Below are positions 21,438-30,509 of a stretch of 64,000 nucleotides of DNA, one piece after another. The translations under genes and the position numbers were made by a program. Position 1 is the first letter of the stretch. Each line of letters opens with the position of its first letter. Below the pieces are notes generated by a model. That model made no database searches. It saw nothing but the letters and a program-made list of their open reading frames with translations, and was not told the origin of the DNA. Source of the stretch: Myxococcota bacterium (GTDB taxonomy: Bacteria > Myxococcota_A > SURF-8); NCBI GenBank assembly GCA_963674735.2, contig CAXXQS010000002.1, forward strand, positions 1,408,001-1,472,000. The letters are read 5' to 3'.

Positions 21438-22840
21438 AGCGAGCGCAGCCGAAAAGCAAAGAAACCGTCGAGTGGCGCGTGCCCCTGCGTGTCGAACCAG
21501 CGAAGAGTGCCATTTTCTTTGTATAGAGCTTGCGGAATTGTGGGCACAAGCTCGCAGGTCCAAGCGGTTTTATCGATTACATGCCTCAATTGTTCGATAC
21601 CTTCTTCGCTTGTCGTTGTGCAAACCGAAAACACCAAGACTCCATTTGGTTTGACGTATTGCAACGCGTTTTCCACAATTGTACGGGCCTGCTTGGCAAG
21701 ATCGGGTATTTCTTCCGGTTTCCGCCGCCAACGCATTTCCGGATGCCGCCGGATGGTGCCGAGGGCCGAGCAGGGTGCGTCGACCAGAACGCGATCGAAG
21801 CTGTTGGGTGCAAGCCCCTTGAGCGGCCGACCCGCATCGCCATTCAACGTGTCAACCCATTCGAATCCGTGGCGTTTGGCTTGTTGCTCCAGCAACCCGA
21901 GTCGTTTAGGGGCAACATCCACAGCCAGAACCTGTCCGGTCGGTCCGACTCGGCTGGCGATATCCAGTGTTTTTCCGCCTGGAGCGGCACAACAATCGAG
22001 GATGCGCTCGCCCGGCTGTGGATCGAGCAGGGCTGTGACAAGCTGTGCGGCTTCGTCCATCACATGACACAGACCTTCTTCCAGAAGCGGTTCGATGGCA
22101 TGGAATCCGCCTCGCTCCACCACAACGGCATCCGGGATCCATTTTCCGATCGAAGCTTCCATTCCACTGTTTTTCAGGCGCTCGATCAACGCCTGTGCCG
22201 TAACTCGTTGCCGATTCGGGCACAAAACGAGCGGCGCGGATTGATTGGTCTGTTCCGCAAGTTCTGTAAGCTTTTCCAATTGTCGCCCGGGGTCGGCCGT
22301 TTCTTTTTTTATCGTGTCGTACCAACGTGCCATGAGCCAGTCGGGGATGGAATAGCGCAAGGCCAGACGATCGACGGGATCGGTCGGCTCGGGTGGTTGG
22401 TGGTTGGCTTGACGTTCGCGTAAAACCCGGTGCAGGACGGCATTGACAAATCCAACCGCGTGTTTGCGTCCGACTTGTCCGGTTAGCTTCCCGGCTTCCG
22501 CCAGAACGGCATGGGCGGGAATACGGTCGAGGTGGAGGAGTTGATAGAGGGCAAGCTGCAGCACACGCTTGACGGCTGGATCGATTTTGGCGATCGGCCG
22601 TCCCGAGGCGTAGGCGAGCCAGGCGTCGAGGTATCGATAGTTGCGCAACACGCCGTAAACCAACTCGGTGGTCAAGCGCCGGTCGGCTTCGAATGTGGGA
22701 GTGCTGTTGGCCGATTTCTCGGTTTTACGGGGTTGCTGAGTGCGCGCCTTTGCAAGCTCGGCCATCAAGGCCAAGTTGGAGTAAGCTCCTTCACGTTCGA
22801 CGCGGGACAACACGCGGTATGCGGAATGACGTGCGTTCAT
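21434..22840 (-). CDS. rsmB: 16S rRNA m5C967 methyltransferase RsmB/Sun
   Basis: N-terminal NusB-like domain (ELVYGVLR), LDCCAAPGGKT, DAPCSALG, FSVCT. Start at ATG 22840, which overlaps the restored fmt stop. The longer ORF-track start at 23158 runs into fmt. Confidence 0.92.
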   Translation of the reverse strand: MNARHSAYRVLSRVEREGAYSNLALMAELAKARTQQPRKTEKSANSTPTFEADRRLTTELVYGVLRNYRYLDAWLAYASGRPIAKIDPAVKRVLQLALYQLLHLDRIPAHAVLAEAGKLTGQVGRKHAVGFVNAVLHRVLRERQANHQPPEPTDPVDRLALRYSIPDWLMARWYDTIKKETADPGRQLEKLTELAEQTNQSAPLVLCPNRQRVTAQALIERLKNSGMEASIGKWIPDAVVVERGGFHAIEPLLEEGLCHVMDEAAQLVTALLDPQPGERILDCCAAPGGKTLDIASRVGPTGQVLAVDVAPKRLGLLEQQAKRHGFEWVDTLNGDAGRPLKGLAPNSFDRVLVDAPCSALGTIRRHPEMRWRRKPEEIPDLAKQARTIVENALQYVKPNGVLVFSVCTTTSEEGIEQLRHVIDKTAWTCELVPTIPQALYKENGTLRWFDTQGHAPLDGFFAFRLRSL

Positions 22841-23792
22841 GAGACGAGATCGAATCGATCGCCGGGTTTCAGGTGGCACCCGCAACAAAAGGCATACGCG
22901 CACATGCGCTTTTTGCCCTGGCGTTGATGTCGCGAAGCAGCAACACGCCGGAGCCGCAAGCGACGACGATTCCGTCTCGTCGGATCTGAATGATTTCACC
23001 GGGATCGGCTGGAGTTTCCTGCTCGGTGTTGCAAGGCTCGGCGTCGAAAAGACGAACGGGTTCAGCGGCGAAGCGGGCATAGGCGGTGGGCCAGGGAAAG
23101 AGTCCGCGAATTTGACGGTCCAGTTCGACCGCCGATCGCTTCCAGTCGAGTTCGCCATCCGATTTCTTCAAAATCGGGGCAAGGGTGGCTTCGCTTTCAA
23201 CCTGCGGAACTTCGGAAAGATTTCCGGATTGTGCGGCCTGTAAAACGGCATGAAAGCCCTGACCCGCCAGCGGAGCAAGCTTCTCGCTCAAACTCAGCGC
23301 CGTATCACGATCGGCAAGGGGAATTTCCTTGAGCCAGCAGACGGGTCCGGCATCGAGTTTGGCGACCATGCGCTGAATGCACATGCCGGTTGTGGGGTCG
23401 CCATTCATGATTGCCCAATTGATTGGCGCGGCGCCTCTCCATTTTGGAAGAAGGGAAGCGTGGGCATTGAAACAGCCCAGTTCCGGAATGTCGAGCAGGG
23501 CTTGTGGCAGGATCTGGCCGAACGCGAACACGGCGAAGGCGTGGGCTTCCAGCTTTCGGACTTCTTCAATGAAGTCAGGGTCTTTGGCTGACTTCGGCTG
23601 CAAAACGGGAAGACCGGCTTCAAGGGCGGCTTCCTTGACGGGGGAAGGAAATGTTTGTCTACGATTGCGACCCTTGGTGCGATCCGGCTGAGTGACGACG
23701 GCTGCGATTTCGTAACCATCGGCGATCAGCTGCTGTAACCCGGCGACCGATATCTCGGGTGTACCGAAGTAGACAATCCGTAATTTAGCCAT
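22837..23792 (-). CDS. fmt: Methionyl-tRNA formyltransferase, with an apparent 1-nt frameshift near 22926
   Basis: YFGTP, VVTQPDR, HASLLPKWRGAAPINWAI, LDAG, WPTA. The conserved C-terminal Q-x-x-GKKRM segment lies in another frame and ends at TGA 22837-39. Confidence 0.9.
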
Positions 23793-24327
23793 GATTGGCG
23801 GCCGTTTGCGCTTGTTCGTCGCGTTCTTTTTTGAATCTTTCCATGCGGCGCAAGGCCAGCTTTCGTTTCAACGGTGATAGATGATCAACGAATAAGACTC
23901 CGTTCAAATGGTCGGTTTCGTGCTGGATACAAACGGCCAGGATGCCTTCCGCTTCGAGATGGATTTTTTCCCCTTCCAAGTTGGTATAGGTTGCCTCGAT
24001 TCGGCTGGGTCTTTTAACCTCTTCGAACACCCCGGGGATGGAGAGGCAGCCTTCTTCCATAACTAACCGTTCGTCGCCGATGGGGGTGATCTCCGGATTG
24101 ATCATGGTGATCAAATTCGGAGGCTGGTCTTTCTCGGCCACATCCATCACGACGATTTGTTCCGTACGTCCCACCTGGTTGGCCGCCAAACCGATGCCGG
24201 GCGCATCATACATGGTCTCAGCCATATCTTTGGCGAGGTTGCGAATTTCGTCGGTGATTTCTTGAATGGGTTCCGCCTTTTGACGGAGGATTTTATTCGG
24301 GAGTTCCACAATATCGATGATAGCCAT
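23785..24327 (-). CDS. def: Peptide deformylase
   Basis: GIGLAANQVG, EGCLS and QHETDHLNG motifs; directly upstream of fmt. Confidence 0.97.
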   Translation of the reverse strand: MAIIDIVELPNKILRQKAEPIQEITDEIRNLAKDMAETMYDAPGIGLAANQVGRTEQIVVMDVAEKDQPPNLITMINPEITPIGDERLVMEEGCLSIPGVFEEVKRPSRIEATYTNLEGEKIHLEAEGILAVCIQHETDHLNGVLFVDHLSPLKRKLALRRMERFKKERDEQAQTAANHG

Positions 24328-24354
24328 TGTCAGTCCTTCTTGTCACGTATCGGC

Positions 24355-25029
24355 TTAATGGGTGAAGCCGTTTTCTCCACCGCTGGTTCCTTCGCCCAGC
24401 GTTGCCTGGTATAACAGATCATGTTGGAAAACATCAATAAGAAGTCGCAAACGATTGATCGGTCCATCGCATTCCAGCATGTTTTGTTGCGATTCGCCCG
24501 CAATACTTAAAAGCCGGACGGCCAGAGAAATGAAGTTGGGCGTCGTTGTATGCGGAAGGCGATCCAAGGTGCCGACGGGGAAGGGACCGATCACGCCTTG
24601 TAGGTGGGCCTGATGCATCATGTTCATCAGACCGTTGCGTAAGTCGCGTATTTCGCTGTTTTGCTCGTCTACCTCGATATCGTTGGGTGCCGGTGTTACC
24701 TCCACAATACGATACGGGTTGAATTTCACATCCGCTCCGAGAAAGATTTTCGATACCCCTTTCAAGAACAGATGGATAGTCTTGTTGTTATCGTGATGAA
24801 AACTGGTGACGGCCGCAGCCGTACCCACGGAGTAAAGTGAAGGTGCCGCGGTGTGGCCATCCTGCCAGTTATCCCGAATCATGGCGATCCCCAGGATCTT
24901 GTCTTGTTTCAAAACGTCCGTGATCATGAGTCGATGGCGTGGCTCGTTGATTTTCAGCGGTAAATCCGATCCCGGAAACATCACGAAATTGGGCATGGTG
25001 AGGATCGCTAGTTTCTCTGGGATTTTCAT
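24355..25029 (-). CDS. Stand-alone LON peptidase substrate-binding (N-terminal) domain protein
   Basis: VMFPGxxLPLxIxEPRxxxM, VGT and QQNMLE..RL pattern of the LON N-domain; no ATPase or protease domain. Confidence 0.8.
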   Translation of the reverse strand: MKIPEKLAILTMPNFVMFPGSDLPLKINEPRHRLMITDVLKQDKILGIAMIRDNWQDGHTAAPSLYSVGTAAAVTSFHHDNNKTIHLFLKGVSKIFLGADVKFNPYRIVEVTPAPNDIEVDEQNSEIRDLRNGLMNMMHQAHLQGVIGPFPVGTLDRLPHTTTPNFISLAVRLLSIAGESQQNMLECDGPINRLRLLIDVFQHDLLYQATLGEGTSGGENGFTH

Positions 25030-25038
25030 TGGCTTACC

Positions 25039-25659
25039 TCATGCGAGGAAGGGATTTGTACGGCGTTCGTGCCCAATCGTGGTCGATGGCCCATGGCCGG
25101 GGTGCACGGCAACCGAATCGTCGAGTGTCAACAGCTTTTTTCGAATAGAATCAATCAGTTGCGGATACGAACCACCCGGAAGATCGGTGCGACCGATGGA
25201 CATGGCGAACAGTGTATCACCTACGATGACATCTTCACCGGCCAAGAAGCAGACGCCGCCGGGTGAATGGCCGGGAGTATTCAAAATGGTTATCGTGGTT
25301 TCGCCCAGTTGGATCGGTGTGTCTTCCGATAAGACACCATCGATGACCGGGACGCCGACGGCGGACAGCCCGAAATATCTGGCCGCTTCATCGGCTTGTT
25401 CGACCAGCGGAACATCGGCAGGATGGAGCTTGAAGGGGATTTTCAGATTTTCCTGAAGCTCCTTGACGCCGGCAATGTGGTCGATATGGCCATGCGTATT
25501 GACGATCGCCTCAACTTGAAGAGCCTTTTTCTCAATGAAATCAAGGATTCTCCGGTTTTCGCCACCGGGGTCTATAATCAGTGCTTTCTGGGTGCCCTCA
25601 TCCCAAACAATGTAGGTATTTTCTTGAAAAGCACCGACGACAAACGCTTCAATCTGCAT
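25039..25659 (-). CDS. MBL-fold metallo-hydrolase (glyoxalase II/YcbL-like)
   Basis: THGHIDH, TPGHSPG, GDTLF, SIGRTDLPGG, PGHG. Start at ATG 25659 after GGAG. Confidence 0.92.
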   Translation of the reverse strand: MQIEAFVVGAFQENTYIVWDEGTQKALIIDPGGENRRILDFIEKKALQVEAIVNTHGHIDHIAGVKELQENLKIPFKLHPADVPLVEQADEAARYFGLSAVGVPVIDGVLSEDTPIQLGETTITILNTPGHSPGGVCFLAGEDVIVGDTLFAMSIGRTDLPGGSYPQLIDSIRKKLLTLDDSVAVHPGHGPSTTIGHERRTNPFLA

Positions 25660-25700
25660 AAAGTAGCTCTCCATGGGAAGGATCATTCACGAAACAACGT

Positions 25701-25730
25701 ATTATACGCACCCGGGCTTTGGTTTGTCTA
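25701..25730 (-). promoter_or_regulatory. Putative sigma70 promoter of the MBL-LON-def-fmt-rsmB operon
   Basis: TAGACA-N18-TATAAT on the minus strand. Confidence 0.55.
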
Positions 25731-25773
25731 ACAAATTCCCGAACTTATTACTTCTGGAAATAGATTAAAATAA

Positions 25774-25802
25774 TTGACATTTCATTCCGATATCATTACA
25801 CT
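25774..25802 (+). promoter_or_regulatory. Putative sigma70 promoter for panD
   Basis: TTGACA-N17-TACACT with an AT-rich upstream tract; implies a ~190-nt 5' leader. Confidence 0.75.
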
Positions 25803-25811
25803 TCGCCCTGT

Positions 25812-25901
25812 CGCCGGGATCCGATAGGACCTGGACGCGTGTGATTCACGATGCTTATCCTTCCGCTGGTTGGATGGCAATCCCGATTGGGATGCTAATC
25901 C
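25812..25901 (+). ncRNA. pan RNA motif-like cis-regulatory leader (two hairpins with bulged A residues)
   Basis: Hairpin 1: CG-CCGGG-[A]-UCC-GAUA-GGA-CCUGG-[A]-CG (25812-37). Hairpin 2: GGAU-GGCA-[A]-UCCC-GAUU-GGGA-UGCU-[A]-AUCC (25872-901). Both lie in the 5' UTR of a pantothenate gene. Confidence 0.65.
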
Positions 25902-26001
25902 CCGAGTCCGTGAACCTGCCGTCTTGTCCCAATCCGATTCCGCCGGAAATCTTCTTTGACTCGATTTTAGCCATGACACTGGGCTACGTGAGGAGAATCC
26001 G

Positions 26002-26409
26002 ATGGAACGCACGATGTTGAAATCGAAGATACACCGCGCAACTGTGACACACGCCGATCTTGAATACGAAGGTAGCGTGACCATCGACCAGAATCTTTTA
26101 GAGGCCGCCGATATCTGGGAGAACGAGCTTGTACACATCTGGAATGTGACAAACGGCGCTCGCTTCGAAACCTATGCTCTTCGGGGCGAACGGGGATCCG
26201 GCCTGATTTGCATCAACGGTGCGGCTGCACATCATGCAAATCCCGGTGATCTGGTCATTATCGCCAGTTGGTTGAAGATGACGGATGAGGAAGCGCGCGA
26301 CTGGCAGCCGAAGCTGGTATTCGTCGATGACCGCAATTGCGCCAAAGAATTGAATCGCCCCGAAATTCCAGGGCCGAACAAGCCGTTGCCGATGGCCTCG
26401 GCCAACTAA
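26002..26409 (+). CDS. panD: Aspartate 1-decarboxylase proenzyme
   Basis: [20 protein letters not shown] pyruvoyl cleavage site, [15 protein letters not shown]; AGGAG RBS. Confidence 0.97.
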   Translation: MERTMLKSKIHRATVTHADLEYEGSVTIDQNLLEAADIWENELVHIWNVTNGARFETYALRGERGSGLICINGAAAHHANPGDLVIIASWLKMTDEEARDWQPKLVFVDDRNCAKELNRPEIPGPNKPLPMASAN

Positions 26410-26427
26410 GCTCGCCGGATTGATCAT

Positions 26428-27555
26428 TTGACTTTACACCGGTCATTCGATGTCGCCGAACGTGTTCGGCGGTTGCAGGAAATGTTGGGTGCTACGCCCC
26501 GGCAGTGGTCCGACTGGCGTTGGCAGCTGCGTTCCCGCATCACATCGCCCGACGAACTCAGCCGCTATCTTTTCCTCTCATCGCGAGCGCGCCGAGGCAT
26601 GGAACGGGCGGTCCGGCTGTTTCCCATGGCGGTCACACCCTATGCCCTGGCTTTGATCGATCCGGAGAATGCGCGTTGTCCGTTGCGGCGTCAGATGATT
26701 CCCTCCGAACGCGAGTTGAAAGACCGTTTGGGGATGATGGATCCGCTCGACGAAACCCTCCATTCTCCGGTTCCCGATTGTATTCATCTCTATCCCGATC
26801 GCGTGGCGTTGTGTGTTTCCCGCAATTGTGCGATGTACTGCCGTTTCTGTTTCCGCAAACGCCGCACTCACGAGAATGTTCCCGCCGATGCTTTCGAGCA
26901 AGCGCTCGCTTATATCGAAAAAACACCCCGAATTCGGGATGTTCTGGTAACGGGCGGAGATCCTTTGATGTTGCCGGATCGGGTTCTACTCGACCGTCTG
27001 GCCCGTTTGCATCGCATTCCACATGTTCAGATCCTGCGAGTGGGGACCCGAACGCCTGCGATGCTGCCGATGCGCATTACCCCGGCTTTGGTGCGGGGGT
27101 TGAAGCGTCTTCAGCCGATTTACGTCAATGTTCAGTTCAACCATCCCCGAGAATTGACAGCCGAATCGAAAAAAGCGCTGGCGATGCTGGCCGATGCCGG
27201 AATTCCTCTGGGGAATCAATCGGTTCTGTTGAAGGGGGTCAATGACACACTGGCAGTGATGCGTCGTTTGGTGCATGAGCTGCTCGAAAACCGGGTCCGG
27301 CCCTATTACCTTTTTCATCCGCATTTGGTGGAGGGAACCGAGCACTTTCGTCCGCCCATCGAGGTGGGACTCAAAATTATGGAAGGTTTGGAGGGCTATA
27401 CTTCCGGTTTGGCCTCCCCCCAATACGCCATCGATACGCCCCATGGAAAAGTGCCCTTGACGCGCCAGCGGATTATTCGGCGGACGGACTCCGAAGTGGT
27501 TGTCCGAACGTACGACGGTCACGTGTGGCACGAAGCCAATCCGCGTAAAACGTAA
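26428..27555 (+). CDS. KamA-family radical SAM/PLP 2,3-aminomutase, atypical substrate site
   Basis: WSDWRWQL, YPDRV, CAMYCRFC (CX3CX2C), TGGDPL, NQSVLLKGVND, RPYY, TSG and PLP lysine in DTPHGK. Start uncertain (TTG, weak RBS). Confidence 0.88.
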   Translation: MTLHRSFDVAERVRRLQEMLGATPRQWSDWRWQLRSRITSPDELSRYLFLSSRARRGMERAVRLFPMAVTPYALALIDPENARCPLRRQMIPSERELKDRLGMMDPLDETLHSPVPDCIHLYPDRVALCVSRNCAMYCRFCFRKRRTHENVPADAFEQALAYIEKTPRIRDVLVTGGDPLMLPDRVLLDRLARLHRIPHVQILRVGTRTPAMLPMRITPALVRGLKRLQPIYVNVQFNHPRELTAESKKALAMLADAGIPLGNQSVLLKGVNDTLAVMRRLVHELLENRVRPYYLFHPHLVEGTEHFRPPIEVGLKIMEGLEGYTSGLASPQYAIDTPHGKVPLTRQRIIRRTDSEVVVRTYDGHVWHEANPRKT

Positions 27556-27658
27556 AAAAGCACGCTCAAGATGGTCCGATATGAAGCTGCCGGGTAAAAG
27601 TCTTGCGCCGCCGCCGCGACCTAAGGTAATCTGAGTAACATCCGTTCAGGAGGTGACC

Positions 27659-29731
27659 ATGCGGAAGACATGTCCGATCAGTTTATGCCTGCTGGTACTC
27701 ATTCTGGCGATGTCCGGGTGCTTGGAAGCGCGGACGAAACCGGCCGACCATGCCTTGGTTAGCGATGCTCGTTTCGAGGCGGGAATGGAAGCCTTCCGTC
27801 GCTCGGATCTGGACTTGGCCGGTAAAAAGCTTGAAGCCTACGTAAAAAGCGATCCTTCAGCGGCCAACGTCGCCGAGGCGGTTTTGACTCTGGGTAAGAT
27901 CGCGCTATATGAACGCCGTTACGATGACGCCATTGCGTCTTTCGGACGCGTGACCGAAGGTTTTCCAAGCTCGCCGTATTCGCCGGAGGCACGCCATCTA
28001 TCGACCGTTGCGTCTGCGGAAAAGCGGCGCATGATGCAGCAAGCGAGCGCCGCATCGTCCGGATCTTCTCCGGTGGGTGACACGCCGACCGAGTCCCCCG
28101 CGCTTTCGAACTTGGCGGTCGGACCGCAGGGAGAGGCTTTTCTTACCTTGGTAGCCGCTTGGCGCGAAGCCGATGACGCGGGTCGGATTGCCCTTTCCGA
28201 CGACTTGAAAGAACAAGTCGACCGCATGGGCGAAGTCGAGTTGTTGCAGGTGCTGCACGAAACCGCCGGAGCTGATGAGCCGTTCGGAGTGATCCTTTAT
28301 CGATTGGGTGCTTTAAATCGGCACCAGGGCGAAATCGATCGGGCTGTGCGTCATTTCGACCGTCTTCGCAAAGAGTTTCCCGAGCATTCTCTCGCAAAAC
28401 GCGCCGCATCGGCCCTTGCGCAAATCGAGAGCTGCCGGAAGGTCGACGCCAAGAAAATCGGTGTTATGTTGCCCCTTTCCGGGCGCTTTAAAGTGTTGGG
28501 AGAGCGGCTACAGCAAGCTGTCGAGTTGGCGGGGACCGAGATGAAGGCCCGGCTTGGCGGTAACGTAGAATTGATTGTGCGTGATACCCAAGGGGATCCC
28601 AAAACGGCCGTAGCCGTCTTCGATCGTCTGGTTCTCGAAGAAAACGTGATCGCCGTGATTGGCCCGGTGTTGGGCGATACGGCTCAGACCGTCGCATATC
28701 GGGCGCAACACTACGGTGTTCCACTCGTGACCCTTTCGCCGCGCAAAGGGTTGCCCGAAATCGGGGATCAAGTTTTTCGTGTGGCCATGACGGCCGAGAT
28801 GCAGGCTCAGACGATTGTGTCTTATGCGTGGGATACGCTGGAGTTGCGGCGCTTCGCGATTTTGTATCCTCGGCATAACTACGGCGAAGATTTGGCCCAT
28901 GCTTTCTGGGACGAAGTCAAAAAACGAAACGGGATCATCGCCGGGGTGGAAAATTATGTTTACGATGCCACCACGTTCAAGCGTCCGGTGCGCAGTATGG
29001 TGGGACGATACAATCTGGTGTATGCAAATCCCGATGGGGGTGTGTGCCGCGACACAAGCGGTGCTCGTTGCGGTTTGGTGCGCAGCAAATATGATGACGA
29101 GGCCTGGCCGATTGTCGATTTCGAAGCCCTGTTTATTCCCGACTATGCTCGGCAAGCCGGTATGATCGCACCCTCCCTTCCTTTTGAGGAAGTGGAAATC
29201 GATACCAAGCGAACCTATGACTATCGCCGGGTGACGCGCAAACGGCGTCGAACCGGAAAAGATGTCCCGATGGTGCAGCTATTGGGAGGTAACGGCTGGA
29301 ATAATCCCCGCCTCAAGGAGTTTGGCGGAAAATGGGTTGAGGGTTCGATCTTTTGCGATGGCTTCTTTGCGGGAGATGTCGACAATCCTCGGGTGTATAC
29401 CTTTGTCGACGCCTTCAAGAAGGCCTATAAGCGCCAGCCCGGATCGATCGATGCCTATGCCTATGATGCGGTCGGGTTCGTTGAACAGGCGCTCGCGAGT
29501 CGCAAACCGACTGAGCGTCGAGGTTTTCGTGATGCTCTTATCGCCATTCAGGATTTCAAAGGTGTGACGGGCGCTCAGAGCTTCGCCTCCGATGGCGAGT
29601 TGCTTGGCCGCTTGATTCTGCTGACGTTGCACGAAGAAGAAATTGTTCCGGCGGTTGTATATGAAACAAACGCCGCCGAAACCTTGGATAATGCGGCCCC
29701 CCAATCCCAAAAACTGCCGAGCGAGGGATAA
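27659..29731 (+). CDS. LpoA-like/periplasmic binding protein type 1 lipoprotein with N-terminal TPR repeats
   Basis: Lipobox AMSGC; TPR/BamD-like repeats (FPSSPY, FPEH); IGVMLPLSG, VIGP, ALFIPD, FKGVTG; AGGAGG RBS. Confidence 0.8.
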   Translation: MRKTCPISLCLLVLILAMSGCLEARTKPADHALVSDARFEAGMEAFRRSDLDLAGKKLEAYVKSDPSAANVAEAVLTLGKIALYERRYDDAIASFGRVTEGFPSSPYSPEARHLSTVASAEKRRMMQQASAASSGSSPVGDTPTESPALSNLAVGPQGEAFLTLVAAWREADDAGRIALSDDLKEQVDRMGEVELLQVLHETAGADEPFGVILYRLGALNRHQGEIDRAVRHFDRLRKEFPEHSLAKRAASALAQIESCRKVDAKKIGVMLPLSGRFKVLGERLQQAVELAGTEMKARLGGNVELIVRDTQGDPKTAVAVFDRLVLEENVIAVIGPVLGDTAQTVAYRAQHYGVPLVTLSPRKGLPEIGDQVFRVAMTAEMQAQTIVSYAWDTLELRRFAILYPRHNYGEDLAHAFWDEVKKRNGIIAGVENYVYDATTFKRPVRSMVGRYNLVYANPDGGVCRDTSGARCGLVRSKYDDEAWPIVDFEALFIPDYARQAGMIAPSLPFEEVEIDTKRTYDYRRVTRKRRRTGKDVPMVQLLGGNGWNNPRLKEFGGKWVEGSIFCDGFFAGDVDNPRVYTFVDAFKKAYKRQPGSIDAYAYDAVGFVEQALASRKPTERRGFRDALIAIQDFKGVTGAQSFASDGELLGRLILLTLHEEEIVPAVVYETNAAETLDNAAPQSQKLPSEG

Positions 29732-29741
29732 GCGAAACACG

Positions 29742-30509
29742 ATGAAACCCAAGAGCCCACACTCACTTTCCATTGACGGGAAGAAACCGAAAGCCGAGGT
29801 GGATCTCCCACTGTCGAGCGATTGGACTCCGGGCCGGACTCACCGTAGAGAAACGGATCCCATTGAATTGGTTCCCGAGAAAGACGCAACTGAAGGCAAC
29901 GCAAGTTTGCAAAAGCGCTCAGACTATTCGGCTCTGAAGGTGACGGCGATCGATGTTGACGACGAAAGGCCTGCGGTTGAGGCGAAAGCCGCAGCATCGG
30001 TAAAAACGGCGGAAAAATCGGCGGACACGCCACCGACAAAGGAGTGTCCCAAGTGCGGCTATCCGAGCCGACACCGTCATGCCTGCGATCGTTGCGGGCT
30101 GATATTCGCAAAATGGCGGCCGGAGATGGCGGTTCAGGAATACCGCCATGTACCCGCCGGTGTCCGGCAGCGCGCCGAGCAACTTTGGGACGAAGTTGCA
30201 GATTCCGAAAACCGCGAACAGGCTTTGGCGGCTTTTCATGATTACTGCATGACCTGCGGTGCTCGTGATTTTGCCGCTGTTCGTTATCGGACTCATCTGG
30301 TAACGCATCCCGATGACAGTCTGGTGATCGGATACCGGGATAAACTACTGAAACAGGCCGCCTTGTTGATTCCCGCGCCCGGAAGATCGTCCAAAAACGG
30401 AGATACCTCCCTGTCACGGCGCGGTGTGATGTTGGCGTTGGGTGCGGCCGTTCTGCTGAGCGTTCTGGTTGCTTGGGCCATGCTTCGTTTTCTTGAGGCC
30501 TATTCATGA
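29742..30509 (+). CDS. Zinc-ribbon membrane protein (hypothetical)
   Basis: CPKCG..CDRCG and a C-terminal TM. The ATG is 10 nt after the upstream stop, and the gene overlaps dinG by ATGA. Confidence 0.7.
   Translation: MKPKSPHSLSIDGKKPKAEVDLPLSSDWTPGRTHRRETDPIELVPEKDATEGNASLQKRSDYSALKVTAIDVDDERPAVEAKAAASVKTAEKSADTPPTKECPKCGYPSRHRHACDRCGLIFAKWRPEMAVQEYRHVPAGVRQRAEQLWDEVADSENREQALAAFHDYCMTCGARDFAAVRYRTHLVTHPDDSLVIGYRDKLLKQAALLIPAPGRSSKNGDTSLSRRGVMLALGAAVLLSVLVAWAMLRFLEAYS

Noticed and set aside
22841-23158. N-terminal extension of rsmB in the ORF track
   Set aside because: It overlaps fmt, and RsmB similarity starts at ATG 22840.
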